In this document: in pieces, positions 52,062-61,470 of the stretch | Layout of the letters: each line of letters opens with the position of its first letter | Numbering within the stretch: position 1 is the stretch's first letter | Assembly: GCA_016871535.1 (NCBI GenBank) | Contig: VHCZ01000003.1 | Coordinates: 18,372 to 82,371, forward strand | From: Verrucomicrobiota bacterium | GTDB lineage: Bacteria > Verrucomicrobiota > Verrucomicrobiia > Limisphaerales > SIBE01 | Direction: 5' to 3' | DNA: 64,000 nt | Notes under the pieces: generated by a model | Told to the model about the DNA's origin: nothing | Database searches by the model: none | Seen by the model: the letters and a program-made list of their open reading frames with translations, nothing else | Made by a program: the position numbers and the translations under genes

Positions 52062-54203
52062 TCAGGGTTCCCGAAGTTCCTTTACCAGGAAGGTGTAGGC
52101 CAGAGCTGACATGTAAGCGGCTTGCTTGTTGTTCGCCGCGCCGCCGTGGCCGCCTTCGATGTTCTCATAGTAAAGCACGTCATGGCCTTGTTCCTTCATC
52201 TTCGCCACCATTTTGCGGGCGTGGCCAGGGTGAACGCGGTCATCACGCGTCGAAGTCGTGAACAGCACGCGCGGATATTTTTTCCCCTTCACGACATTTT
52301 GATACGGAGAGAACTTGCTGATGTAGGCCCAGTCTTCGGGCTTGTCCGGATCGCCGTATTCGTCCATCCAGCTCGCGCCGGCCAGCAATTTGTTGTAGCG
52401 CTTCATGTCCAGGAGCGGCACCTGGCAAACGAGCGCTTTGAAAAGATCCGGCCGTTGCGTGAGCATCACGCCCATCAGCAATCCGCCATTGGACCCGCCT
52501 TGAATGCCGAGGTGCTTCGCCGACGTGATCTTGCGCGCGATCAAGTCCTCGGCCACGGCAATGAAATCGTCGTAAGCGCGCTGGCGATTCTCCTTTCGGG
52601 CAGCGTAATGCCACTTCGGTCCGAACTCGCCGCCGCCGCGAATGTTCGCGAGCACATACACGCCGCCGCGCTCCAGCCAGGCCGAACCGACGGCCGGGTT
52701 GTAGCTGGGCAGCATCGGGATCTCAAAACCGCCGTAGCCGTAGAGCAAAGTCGGGTTCTGCGCGTTCAACGCCAGCCCCTTTCGGCTGACCTGGAAGTAA
52801 GGAATCCGCGTGCCGTCCTTTGATGGCGTCTCGTGCTGGCTGATTTCCAGACCTTCCGCATTGAAGAAGGCGGGCAACTGTTTCAGCAGCTCGCGTTTTT
52901 CCTCGCCGACGGTTCCCAGATAAAAACTGTAAGGCGTGAGAAAGTCCGCGACGTTCAAAAAATAATTGTCGGATTCGTGTTTATCGACGCCGTTGATATT
53001 CAGCGAGCCGAAAGAAGGCGCCGGCAACGGGGCTTTCCTCCACTGGCCGTTCTCGCGCTTGAGCGAGTACAGCTTGTTCCGCACGTTCTCCAGCTCGTTC
53101 AAGATCAGATAATTCTTCGTTTGCGTGGTGCTCGCCAGAGATTTGCGCTCCGTCGGCTCGAACAGAATCTCGAACGTGCGATCCCCGTTCACATAGGCTT
53201 CGAAGTTGGCCGCCAGCAGCGCTCCCGCCGCGTAAGTCTTCCCGCCGACCGTCCAATCCGAACGCAGCCGGAACAGGATTTGGTCGCCGAAGGTCTCGAC
53301 TCGCGCGTCGGCCGGTTTCTCGATCTTGATCCATTGCTCCCCGCGACGCCAATACCTCTCGCTGGTGAAGAAGGTGACTCCCCGATCGATGAATTCGTAG
53401 GTGCGCCCGTGATCGTGGATGACGTTCACCTGCATCCCGACGTCTTCAGTCTTCCCCTCATGAACCGTCCGCGCTTCCTGGAGCGGCGAATGGCGCTTCC
53501 ACTCTTTGATAATCCGCGGATAACCCGAACTGGTCAGAGAGCCGGAGCCAAAGTCGGTTCCCACATAAAGCGTGTCGCGATCTTTCCAACTCAAGTCCAC
53601 CTTCGCTTCGGGAAGCGAGAATCCCTGCGGCACGAACTCTTTGGTGTTCAGGTCGAATTCGCGCACCACAACGGCGTCGGCGCCGCCTCGGGAAAGGAAG
53701 ACCAGGGCGCGGTCGTAAGTTGGATGGAGCGCATCGTAGCCCTTCCAAACCCAATTCTCCTTTTCCGTCGCCGCCAAGCGATCGAGATCCAGCACGGTCT
53801 CCCAGGCGGGATTGGCTTTTTTGTACTCCTCCAGCGTCGTTCGGCGAAACAAGCCGCGAACATTTTTGTCATCGCGCCAGAAGTTGTAGTAGAACGCGCC
53901 GTGCTTGGCCGGGTAGGGAATTCGCTCCTTCGAATCGAGAATGGACAGCAGCCGCTGCCGAATCTTCTCGAAGTCCGGCGAAGCTTCGAGTTCCCGCGTG
54001 CTCACGGCGTTCTGTTCCTTGGCCCAGGCCAGGGCCTTCTCGCCCGTGACATCTTCCAGCCACAGGTACGGATCGGGTGAAGTCAGGGCGCCCGCATCGC
54101 GGCCGGAAGCCGGGACGGATTCGGCGGCTTCAATTCGATTGGACATGATGGAACCGGTGGCGAGCGCGGCGCTCAAGCCCGCCAGAATTGTGATCTTGGT
54201 CAT
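52062..54203 (-). CDS. Prolyl oligopeptidase family (S9A) serine peptidase
   Basis: ATG at 54203 gives the signal peptide MTKITILAGLSAALATGSIMS. Beta-propeller N-terminal part. Catalytic GIQGGSNGGLLMG, D and H (GGHGG) in the C-terminal domain. Confidence 0.9.
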   Translation of the reverse strand: MTKITILAGLSAALATGSIMSNRIEAAESVPASGRDAGALTSPDPYLWLEDVTGEKALAWAKEQNAVSTRELEASPDFEKIRQRLLSILDSKERIPYPAKHGAFYYNFWRDDKNVRGLFRRTTLEEYKKANPAWETVLDLDRLAATEKENWVWKGYDALHPTYDRALVFLSRGGADAVVVREFDLNTKEFVPQGFSLPEAKVDLSWKDRDTLYVGTDFGSGSLTSSGYPRIIKEWKRHSPLQEARTVHEGKTEDVGMQVNVIHDHGRTYEFIDRGVTFFTSERYWRRGEQWIKIEKPADARVETFGDQILFRLRSDWTVGGKTYAAGALLAANFEAYVNGDRTFEILFEPTERKSLASTTQTKNYLILNELENVRNKLYSLKRENGQWRKAPLPAPSFGSLNINGVDKHESDNYFLNVADFLTPYSFYLGTVGEEKRELLKQLPAFFNAEGLEISQHETPSKDGTRIPYFQVSRKGLALNAQNPTLLYGYGGFEIPMLPSYNPAVGSAWLERGGVYVLANIRGGGEFGPKWHYAARKENRQRAYDDFIAVAEDLIARKITSAKHLGIQGGSNGGLLMGVMLTQRPDLFKALVCQVPLLDMKRYNKLLAGASWMDEYGDPDKPEDWAYISKFSPYQNVVKGKKYPRVLFTTSTRDDRVHPGHARKMVAKMKEQGHDVLYYENIEGGHGGAANNKQAAYMSALAYTFLVKELREP

Positions 54204-54284
54204 AAATGCGTTTCTCGTTAATGGCTGCCAGGCACACGAACTTGGATCAGTTGCAATCACCCTGGCTCCTGCGGAGTTCGAGCC

Positions 54285-54395
54285 CGTAAACGGCAGAATC
54301 ACCAGCAAATCCACGTCCGAATCCGGACGAGGTGTGCCATAGGCATGGGAGCCAAAGAGGATGATCCGCTCCGGATTAAACTCTTTCGCGATCCG
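54285..54395 (-). pseudogene. Relic of a nucleotidyltransferase (MNT/Pol-beta superfamily) gene
   Basis: RIAKEFNPERIILFGSHAYGTPRPDSDVDLLVILPF carries the hG[GS]-x9-13-DxD signature. It is preceded by an in-frame TAG (54396-54398), has no usable start, and runs in frame into the peptidase ORF. Confidence 0.55.
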
Positions 54396-54529
54396 CTACG
54401 CCATTTGTCGAATTTCCGCGTTGGCTATCCTTGTCGCAACGGCGGAAAATCTAACCAGTGTGCATCGCTCTGACGAGGCAAATTCATTGGTTCTTCACCG
54501 GCACCGGCATGAAACTCATTGGACAAACA

Positions 54530-56149
54530 TCACGGAATCACGCCCGGAAACACGTAAGCATAGAGCATCACCACCAGTCCGACGAGCACCGCCAGCACGA
54601 TGCTGTGTTTGAAGACCGCCTTGAAAATCGCCGCTTCGTTCCCTTCCTGGTGCGTGGAAGTGCTGGCGACGACGATGGATTGCGCGTCGATCATTTTGCC
54701 CATCACGCCGCCGGCGCTGTTGGCCGCGGCCATCAGGACCGGACTCAGATTGAGTTGTTCGGCAGTGACCTTTTGCAGGTTGCCGAACAATGCGTTGGAA
54801 CCCGCGTCGGTGCCGGTCAACGCCACGCCCAACCAGCCCAGCAGCGTGCCAAACAGCGGGAACAGCCAGCCGGTGTGCGTCAGGCTCAATCCTAACACCG
54901 TATCCATCCCCGAATACCGCGTCACGTAAGCCAGGCCGACCATGAAACTGATTGCCAGGAGCGAAGGGACAAGCTGCCGAATGGTCCGTCCGAGAATCGC
55001 CAGCGCCCGCGAAAATGCCATCCCCGACAGCATGGCGGAGAGAAATGCGCCCGCCACAACCGCCGTTCCCGGCAGCGCAAAGATGTTCAAGTCCAGCATC
55101 GCCGGCTCTGGCGTCGGCGTGGGAACGACTGGCGGAACGCGAATCACCGCGTTGTGCAAGCCCGGCATAGGAAACGAGAGCGCGGCGATCTTCAGATACT
55201 TGTTCAACGAGGGCATGCCGCAAACGAAGATGAACACGGACGACAGCAAAAAAGGCGACCACCCCTTCACCACGCCGAGAAAGGAATGGCGGCGCATTTC
55301 AATTTGGACCTTCCCGTTTTCCACGAGCATCAGGTTGCGCGGCTTCCAGAGTTTGAGGAAGCCCACCATGACGAGCAGGGAAAAGATCGCCGCGATGATA
55401 TCCACCAGTCCGCTTTCCTGATAATTCGACCAGTAAAATTGCATCCCAGCGAACGAGGCGCCGCTCACCAGCAGCGCTGGAAGGACTTCGCTCGTCTGTT
55501 TCCAGTTCACCATGCTGCGCACCAGCCAGAGCGGAAGAATCAGCGAGAAGGGCGGCAGAATTCGGCCAACCATCGCGTTCAACTCATGTTCCGGCAGACC
55601 CGTCACCAGGTTCAGAACGCGAATCGGATTGCCGACGCCGCCCCAGGCAACGGGAGCGGTGTTCGCCAGCAAGCAAATGGTCGCCGCCTGAAACGGCGGA
55701 AAACCCAGGCCGATCAGAAACGATCCCGCAATCGCCACCGGCGCGCCGCCGCCGCCGGTGCCTTCGAGAAACGCGCCGAAGCAAAACGCGATCAGGATGA
55801 CTTGAATCCGCCGGTCCGAAGACAGGGTGGCGATGGACTCCTTCATGACCTGGAACTGGCCCGTCTCGACCGCGATGTTGTAGAGAAAGATCGAGGCGAT
55901 GATGATCCAGGCAATGCGGAGAAATCCAAAGATGAAGCCCATCAACGTGGCCTGGGAAATCAGCGCCACCGGCATGTGAAAGACGGTGCCGGCGAGAAGC
56001 ACGGCCATGATCATGCCGCTCAACGCTGAAATCCAGACGCGCTTCTTCAGAACCAGCAGAACGAAGAACAAAGTCAGGACCGGGAGGGCGGAAACCAGCG
56101 TGGAAAGGATCCAATGCGGCAGGGGATTGTAATCCTGGTTCCAGGTCAT
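54530..56149 (-). CDS. L-lactate permease (LctP family)
   Basis: ATG at 56149 (MTWNQDYNPLPHWILSTLVSALPVL...). About 13 TM segments and length typical of the LctP/GlcA family. Confidence 0.88.
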   Translation of the reverse strand: MTWNQDYNPLPHWILSTLVSALPVLTLFFVLLVLKKRVWISALSGMIMAVLLAGTVFHMPVALISQATLMGFIFGFLRIAWIIIASIFLYNIAVETGQFQVMKESIATLSSDRRIQVILIAFCFGAFLEGTGGGGAPVAIAGSFLIGLGFPPFQAATICLLANTAPVAWGGVGNPIRVLNLVTGLPEHELNAMVGRILPPFSLILPLWLVRSMVNWKQTSEVLPALLVSGASFAGMQFYWSNYQESGLVDIIAAIFSLLVMVGFLKLWKPRNLMLVENGKVQIEMRRHSFLGVVKGWSPFLLSSVFIFVCGMPSLNKYLKIAALSFPMPGLHNAVIRVPPVVPTPTPEPAMLDLNIFALPGTAVVAGAFLSAMLSGMAFSRALAILGRTIRQLVPSLLAISFMVGLAYVTRYSGMDTVLGLSLTHTGWLFPLFGTLLGWLGVALTGTDAGSNALFGNLQKVTAEQLNLSPVLMAAANSAGGVMGKMIDAQSIVVASTSTHQEGNEAAIFKAVFKHSIVLAVLVGLVVMLYAYVFPGVIP

Positions 56150-56259
56150 TCGCTTCGGATGCGGATTGTGAACTTCCGAGCCGCGCCAGATCAATTGAAA
56201 ATTCGATATTTCAATCGTAAATCTTCAACTGGGTCCAATGCTCTCCCTCTCCCACTGGC

Positions 56260-56350
56260 AAGGACGGATTCCACTCCGTCCCTGACTTTCCTGACTTTAC
56301 TCACCGATCGAAAGAGCAATTTCAGAGACGCGGTGGAACGCGTCCTTACC
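56260..56350. repeat. Two family C hairpins
   Basis: aaggacggattccactccgtccctg and agagacgcggtggaacgcgtccttacc. Confidence 0.8.
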
Positions 56351-56438
56351 GTTCAAGGGCTGTGCGCATGGCTCCGAAGCCGCGGCAGTGCAGCTTTCAG
56401 GATAGACACGACGACTCAGCCCGTTATTTTCCTCCCCC

Positions 56439-57353
56439 ATGCCCGAAGCGCAGCAAGCTGCCTCACTGTCGCCGTCCAAGCACCACGTCTTGCTGCGGCG
56501 ATTGGCAAGTTCCGTGACGTTGTGGGCGCTCGTCATCGGAACCTTGTTCGTGAAGAACAAGGTCATTTCGGATTACGTCTTCCTGATCACGATGATGGCC
56601 ATTGCCGGAATTGGTCTGGCGGAATTCTACGATCTGGTCGGGCGGCGGCAGTTGGCTTGCTTCAAAGGCCTGGGCGTATTCGGCGGACTGCTGCTCATGA
56701 CGAGCACGTTCGTGTATCTCTCCGACGCTTTTCCGCTCCATCTGCACCCGGCCAAGGCGAACGATTTTGAGACGAGCGTTCTGATCGTTTTCGTGCTCGG
56801 TCTTTGCCTCCGCCAATTGGTCTCGCGCACGAACCCTGCCGGGATCACGGCGATCGCCACCACCTTGTTCGGTTTGATGTACGTGCCCTGGCTTCTCAAC
56901 TTCATTCAGAAGATCAAGTTCTTTCCCGACATCCACGCGGCGCACTACGTGCTCTATTTCATTCTGGTCACGAAATTCAGCGATCTGGGCGCGTACGTCG
57001 TCGGCTCGTTGATTGGCAAGCACAAGATGTGTCCGCGGATCAGCCCCGGCAAAACCTGGGAAGGATTCGCCGGCGCCCTCGCCGTTTCGACGCTGGCCAG
57101 CGTCCTTTTCTTTCAAGCGGCGCAAGCGAAGTTGGTTCATATGAACCTCGGTCACGCGATCATTTTGGGAATTCTCCTGGGCGGCGCGGCGGTGGTCGGA
57201 GATTTGATTGAATCGCTTTTCAAACGCGAAGCCGGGGTCAAAGATTCGGGGCGGCTGTTTCCCGGCATCGGCGGAATGCTGGACCTGATGGACAGTCTGC
57301 TTTTTAATGCCCCGCTGATGTATGTGTACCTCCGGCATGTTTTAACGGCATGA
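56439..57353 (+). CDS. cdsA: Phosphatidate cytidylyltransferase
   Basis: Multi-TM CTP-transferase 1 family. C-terminal signature region SLFKREAGVKDSGRLFPGIGGMLDLMDS. Confidence 0.85.
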   Translation: MPEAQQAASLSPSKHHVLLRRLASSVTLWALVIGTLFVKNKVISDYVFLITMMAIAGIGLAEFYDLVGRRQLACFKGLGVFGGLLLMTSTFVYLSDAFPLHLHPAKANDFETSVLIVFVLGLCLRQLVSRTNPAGITAIATTLFGLMYVPWLLNFIQKIKFFPDIHAAHYVLYFILVTKFSDLGAYVVGSLIGKHKMCPRISPGKTWEGFAGALAVSTLASVLFFQAAQAKLVHMNLGHAIILGILLGGAAVVGDLIESLFKREAGVKDSGRLFPGIGGMLDLMDSLLFNAPLMYVYLRHVLTA

Positions 57354-57374
57354 GAACGCTTGATCGGTTCAGAT

Positions 57375-57464
57375 TGGAGTGGTGGAGTCCTGGAGTAACG
57401 GGGATCCATTGTTGGAGGTCGAAACACTGGATCGAGTCACTCCAGCATTCCATCACTCCACTCC
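57375..57464. repeat. Inverted pair of 8-nt-period arrays between cdsA and dxr
   Basis: tggagtgg tggagtcc tggagtaa ... tcactcca gcattcca tcactcca ctcc. Confidence 0.8.
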
Positions 57465-57480
57465 TTCCCTCCTTCCTGGC

Positions 57481-58632
57481 ATGAAACACGTCGTCCTCCT
57501 TGGCAGCACGGGATCGATCGGCACCAGCACGATCAAGGTCGTGACGGACCTGCCCGATCACCTTCGCCTGCTCGGCCTGGCCGCCGGCGGCAATGCCAAG
57601 TTGTTGCTCGAACAAGCCCGGCAGCATCTGCCCGAAGCTGTTTCCGTGCGCGATCCGGGAGACGCCAAAGAACTCAGCGCCGCGCTCGGCACAACGACGA
57701 AAGTTTTCTGCGGCGACGAAGGTTTGATTCGTTTGGCGACTCTGCCTTCCGCCGACATCGTCTTGATCGCCATCGTTGGAACCGCCGGACTGGCGCCGGC
57801 CCTGGCCGCGATTCGCGCCGGGAAAGACATTGCCGTCGCGTCGAAAGAAATTCTCGTCATGGCGGGTGAGACCGTGATGCACGAGGCGCGCCAGCATGGC
57901 GTGCGGGTCCTGGCCGTGGATAGTGAGCATTCCGCCATCTTCCAATGTCTCCAGGACAAACCGGCGCATTCGGTGCGCCGCCTCTGGCTCACGGCTTCGG
58001 GCGGCCCGTTCCGCACCACGCCGAAAGAGGATTTCGACGGCATCACGCTGGAGCGCGCGTTGAAACATCCGTCCTGGGTCATGGGAACCAAAATAACCAT
58101 CGACTCGGCCACGCTCTTCAACAAAGGCCTGGAGATGATCGAAGCGCGCTGGCTGTTCGACATCGAAATTGGCCGCGTCCAGGTCGTGGTCCATCCGCAA
58201 AGCATCATCCATTCGATGGTCGAATTCATCGACGGCTCGATGCTGGCGCAACTTTCGACTCCGGACATGTGCTTGCCGATTCAATACGCGTTGACCTATC
58301 CCGAACGCATCGGCAGCGACCGCGTGCAAACGAATCTGGCGCGGCTGGGCACGCTGACCTTCGAAGAGCCGGACCTGGAACGGTTCCCGGCGCTGGGCCT
58401 GGCGCGGCGCGCCGGCGAACTCGGCGGCACCATGCCAGCCGTCTTGAATGCAGCGAACGAAATCGCGGTCGCGGCCTTTTGCCAGGGCAAGATCGGCTTT
58501 CCGCAGATCAGTGAGACGGTGCGCAGGACCATGGACCGGCATCGGCTCGTGTCGCATCCGTCGCTCGAGGACGTGCTGAAGGCCGACGCCTGGGCGCGTG
58601 CCGGAGCGCTGGGTGGCGTTGCAGGGCCATAA
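57481..58632 (+). CDS. dxr: 1-deoxy-D-xylulose-5-phosphate reductoisomerase
   Basis: ATG at 57481 (MKHVVLLGSTGSIGTSTIKV). DSEHSAIFQC, and HPSWVMGTKITIDSATLFNKGLE. Confidence 0.95.
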   Translation: MKHVVLLGSTGSIGTSTIKVVTDLPDHLRLLGLAAGGNAKLLLEQARQHLPEAVSVRDPGDAKELSAALGTTTKVFCGDEGLIRLATLPSADIVLIAIVGTAGLAPALAAIRAGKDIAVASKEILVMAGETVMHEARQHGVRVLAVDSEHSAIFQCLQDKPAHSVRRLWLTASGGPFRTTPKEDFDGITLERALKHPSWVMGTKITIDSATLFNKGLEMIEARWLFDIEIGRVQVVVHPQSIIHSMVEFIDGSMLAQLSTPDMCLPIQYALTYPERIGSDRVQTNLARLGTLTFEEPDLERFPALGLARRAGELGGTMPAVLNAANEIAVAAFCQGKIGFPQISETVRRTMDRHRLVSHPSLEDVLKADAWARAGALGGVAGP

Positions 58633-58639
58633 TGGGATT

Positions 58640-58788
58640 GGGGAGCACACGCGCCCTCGCGTGTGCCGACCGGCGCCCCCGCCGGCCGGAGGAAGGCGCA
58701 GGAGGATAGCAAGACGCTGGATATTTCGGACGCGTTCTTGTGTTCCGCGAGGGCGCGGAACACGGCACGCGGGGCGCGTGCGCTCCCC
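58640..58788. repeat. Family A element, copy A5
   Basis: ggggagcacacgcgccctcgcgtgtgccgaccggcgcccccgccggcc ... cgcgagggcgcggaacacggcacgcggggcgcgtgcgctcccc. Starts 8 nt after the dxr stop. Confidence 0.9.
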
Positions 58789-58872
58789 AAGAATCGCATG
58801 GACTCAGGCAGGGAATTGCATTAGAAAATGGCGCGAAGGACTGCTGGAGAAATGCGGATGCACCGACCAAAG

Positions 58873-59310
58873 ATGAAGAAGCCCAAGCGAGGATTCACTC
58901 TGATCGAACTACTGGTCGTCGTCGCGATTATTGCGATTTTGGCGGCGCTGCTTTTACCGGCGCTGACCAAAGCGAAATCGCAAGCCTGGCGCGCGAAGTG
59001 CCTCCACAACCACAAACAATTGGTCCTGATTTGGACATTTGTACCAGGATGACCATAATGGCTTGATCCCGTCGAACGTTCGCGGCAGTCCTTTGCCCAA
59101 TTCCGGATATGGCGCCAATTGGGTCGAAAGCACGATCCACGGTGTCACTTCGGGTTACGTCGATCCGGAAGCGTTCACCGATTCCAAACGCGCCGCCTTC
59201 GCGCCTTACCTCAAGACCGTCGAGACGTACAGTTGTCCGGCTGATCGCAGCGTGTTCACCGCCGGAAACCGCAACTTCCAAGAATCCACTGATCCGCGAA
59301 TCCATTCCCG
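58873..59310 (+). pseudogene. Prepilin-type N-terminal methylation-domain protein (DUF1559-like), frameshifted
   Basis: [54 protein letters not shown] stops at 59050-59052. The expected continuation (L)[12 protein letters not shown]...SCPADRS is in another frame from about 59039. The 3' end is unclear and runs into the convergent M20 gene. Confidence 0.6.
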
Positions 59311-59311
59311 G

Positions 59312-60889
59312 TCACGGCCTTCGCACGGTCGGATACTTGATGCCGAGTTGTTCGAGGTAGGTTTTGTGCTTCGCCGAGTCGAAGTAGTACTTCTTCACTT
59401 CGGGAAGGAACTTCGCCATTTTCTCCCGGTTCAATTCGATCGCGGGCCGGTCGCTCGGACCAATCAAGGGCACGTATTTCGTTTCCTTGGTTTGAACTTC
59501 GTGGAAATACGCCCAGGCGCGCTTGACTAATTCCGGCGAAAGCAGGAAGTCGAGCGCCGTCGCGGCCTGAACCTTCGCGCCGGCGGTCGAACCCTTGTGC
59601 GCAATCGGGGTCGCCATCGCGACCGCGTTCTCCCAACTGTGCCCGGGAAGATTCGGAATGTTGGCCGGGTAATAGAGATAAACGGTCGGCACGTTCCAGG
59701 AAATGTCGCCGATATCATCCGAGCCTCCCCCGGTGGATTCCTTGGGCTCGGAGAGCGGCTCAACCTTGAGTTTCAGTCCCTCGGGTTTGGCGCGGATTTC
59801 CTGCTGGAGCCCCTTGGCCAGCGTTTGATCGGCGTCGCTCCACTCCGGCATTCTCACGCGCTCGATGTTTTTCTGCTGAGTTTCCGCGACGACTTTGTTG
59901 AAGTGTGCGGGCCAGGCGGAACCGATCAGCCGCTGCGTGACTTTCGTGTCGGTCATCATCGTCGCGGCATTGGCCATGGTATTGCCGAGGTCGTAGAGGT
60001 CTTTGATCCGCGCGTAATCGAGCTCGCGAAAGAAATACCACACCGCGGCTTCGGACGGGACGACATTGGGCTGGTCCCCGCCATTGATAATCACGTAGTG
60101 GGACCGATGCTGCCAGCGGAGGTGCTCCCGTCGGAAATTCCAGGCCGTGTTCATCAATTCGACGGCGTCCAGGGCACTGCGACCTTCCCAGGGCCGGCCG
60201 GCCGAATGCGCGGCTTTGCCAGAGAAAACATACTGCACCGAAACCAGGCCGCTTGAGGTCACAGGCTGGCCGTACGCCGTGGAGAATTTGTCGCCGACGT
60301 GCGATCCCAGGACAATGTCCACGTCCGCAAAGAGGCCTGCCCGAACGTAAAAAGCTTTGGTGGCGAGTTGCTCCTCCGCGATGCCGGGAAAGAGTTTGAG
60401 CGTTCCGGGCAAGCGATGCTTTTGCATCAATTCCTTCAAGACCAGCGCCGCCGTGACGTTGACCGCCTGGCCGGAATTGTGTCCTTCCCCGTGGCCGGGC
60501 GCGCCTTCGATGAGCGGATCGTGATACGCAACGCCGGGTTTTTGCGAAGCGCGTGGAATGCAGTCGAGATCGGTGATGAAAGCGATCACTGGCTTTCCGG
60601 AACCGAACGTGGCGATCCAGGCGGTGGGAATCCCGGCCACGCCGTGTTCGATGCCGAACCCGTGCCGGGCGAGAATCCCCGTGACGTATTTCGAGGTCTC
60701 GTACTCCTGGAAACCGAGTTCGCTGAAACTGAAAATCTGATCGACCATCTGCTGCGTGAGCGTGCGCAGGTCGTCCACTTTGGCGATGGCTTCGCGTTTG
60801 AGATCGTCGAGGGACGGTGGGACGCCGGGCTGAGACTGGAGCTGCAAGGGCAGAAGCAGGAGAGGCAGGAGGAAGCAATGCGTTTTCAT
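59312..60889 (-). CDS. M20-family amidohydrolase/peptidase (AbgB-like)
   Basis: Signal peptide MKTHCFLLPLLLLPLQLQS. PGHGEGHNSG metal site. Length and layout of M20D-type amidohydrolases. Confidence 0.85.
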   Translation of the reverse strand: MKTHCFLLPLLLLPLQLQSQPGVPPSLDDLKREAIAKVDDLRTLTQQMVDQIFSFSELGFQEYETSKYVTGILARHGFGIEHGVAGIPTAWIATFGSGKPVIAFITDLDCIPRASQKPGVAYHDPLIEGAPGHGEGHNSGQAVNVTAALVLKELMQKHRLPGTLKLFPGIAEEQLATKAFYVRAGLFADVDIVLGSHVGDKFSTAYGQPVTSSGLVSVQYVFSGKAAHSAGRPWEGRSALDAVELMNTAWNFRREHLRWQHRSHYVIINGGDQPNVVPSEAAVWYFFRELDYARIKDLYDLGNTMANAATMMTDTKVTQRLIGSAWPAHFNKVVAETQQKNIERVRMPEWSDADQTLAKGLQQEIRAKPEGLKLKVEPLSEPKESTGGGSDDIGDISWNVPTVYLYYPANIPNLPGHSWENAVAMATPIAHKGSTAGAKVQAATALDFLLSPELVKRAWAYFHEVQTKETKYVPLIGPSDRPAIELNREKMAKFLPEVKKYYFDSAKHKTYLEQLGIKYPTVRRP

Positions 60890-61020
60890 GGGATGTCGGA
60901 TGTGTTTGTCGAGAGGGGAATTTACAGGACGGCACGAATTCGTTTCGACAACTTTCTCCAGCGGTTTTGAGATTCCTCCCCGGGCAGGGCGGAACTGCCG
61001 CTCCGTACGGATTTAGCCTG

Positions 61021-61184
61021 GTGGGGACGGATTCCACTCCGTCCCAAGTCAGGCCTTGAGGCAGACCGCCGCCCAGGAAGAGACGGCGGGCCAACGGAGG
61101 CTTCAGGTTTTTCCGTTGTCCGTCTCTCCCTGCAGGAGACGCGTCCAGGATTAGCCAGGGACGGAGTGGAATCCGTCCCTACCT
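61021..61184. mobile_element. Roughly 165-bp MITE/REPIN-like element bounded by family C hairpins (copy 2, inverted relative to 45518-45684)
   Basis: gtggggacggattccactccgtccc...ccttgaggcagaccgccgcccaggaagagacgg..ccaacggagg...cagggacggagtggaatccgtccctacc. Confidence 0.8.
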
Positions 61185-61470
61185 CGCTAACAGATACGCC
61201 GCTCCACCGCGACTTGGAAACGACCAGGCCAAATGAAGATCTTTCCAAGAGATCCATAGACAAGGCCGCTGCAGGGGGCGACGTAAGATCGGCAGACCGG
61301 CAGGTCTGCCCTACCGTGCCTCCGCGCGGTGAATCAATTCGGATTTGACAAATCCATTTCAGAGGCGTAAGCACGCACTCGAAACGCCGACGGGAGGCGA
61401 TCACACAAGCGCGACACGCAAACGCTCGCTCACCAGGCGCTTTCTCGCCGGCCAAACCAAAGGAGGTTCT

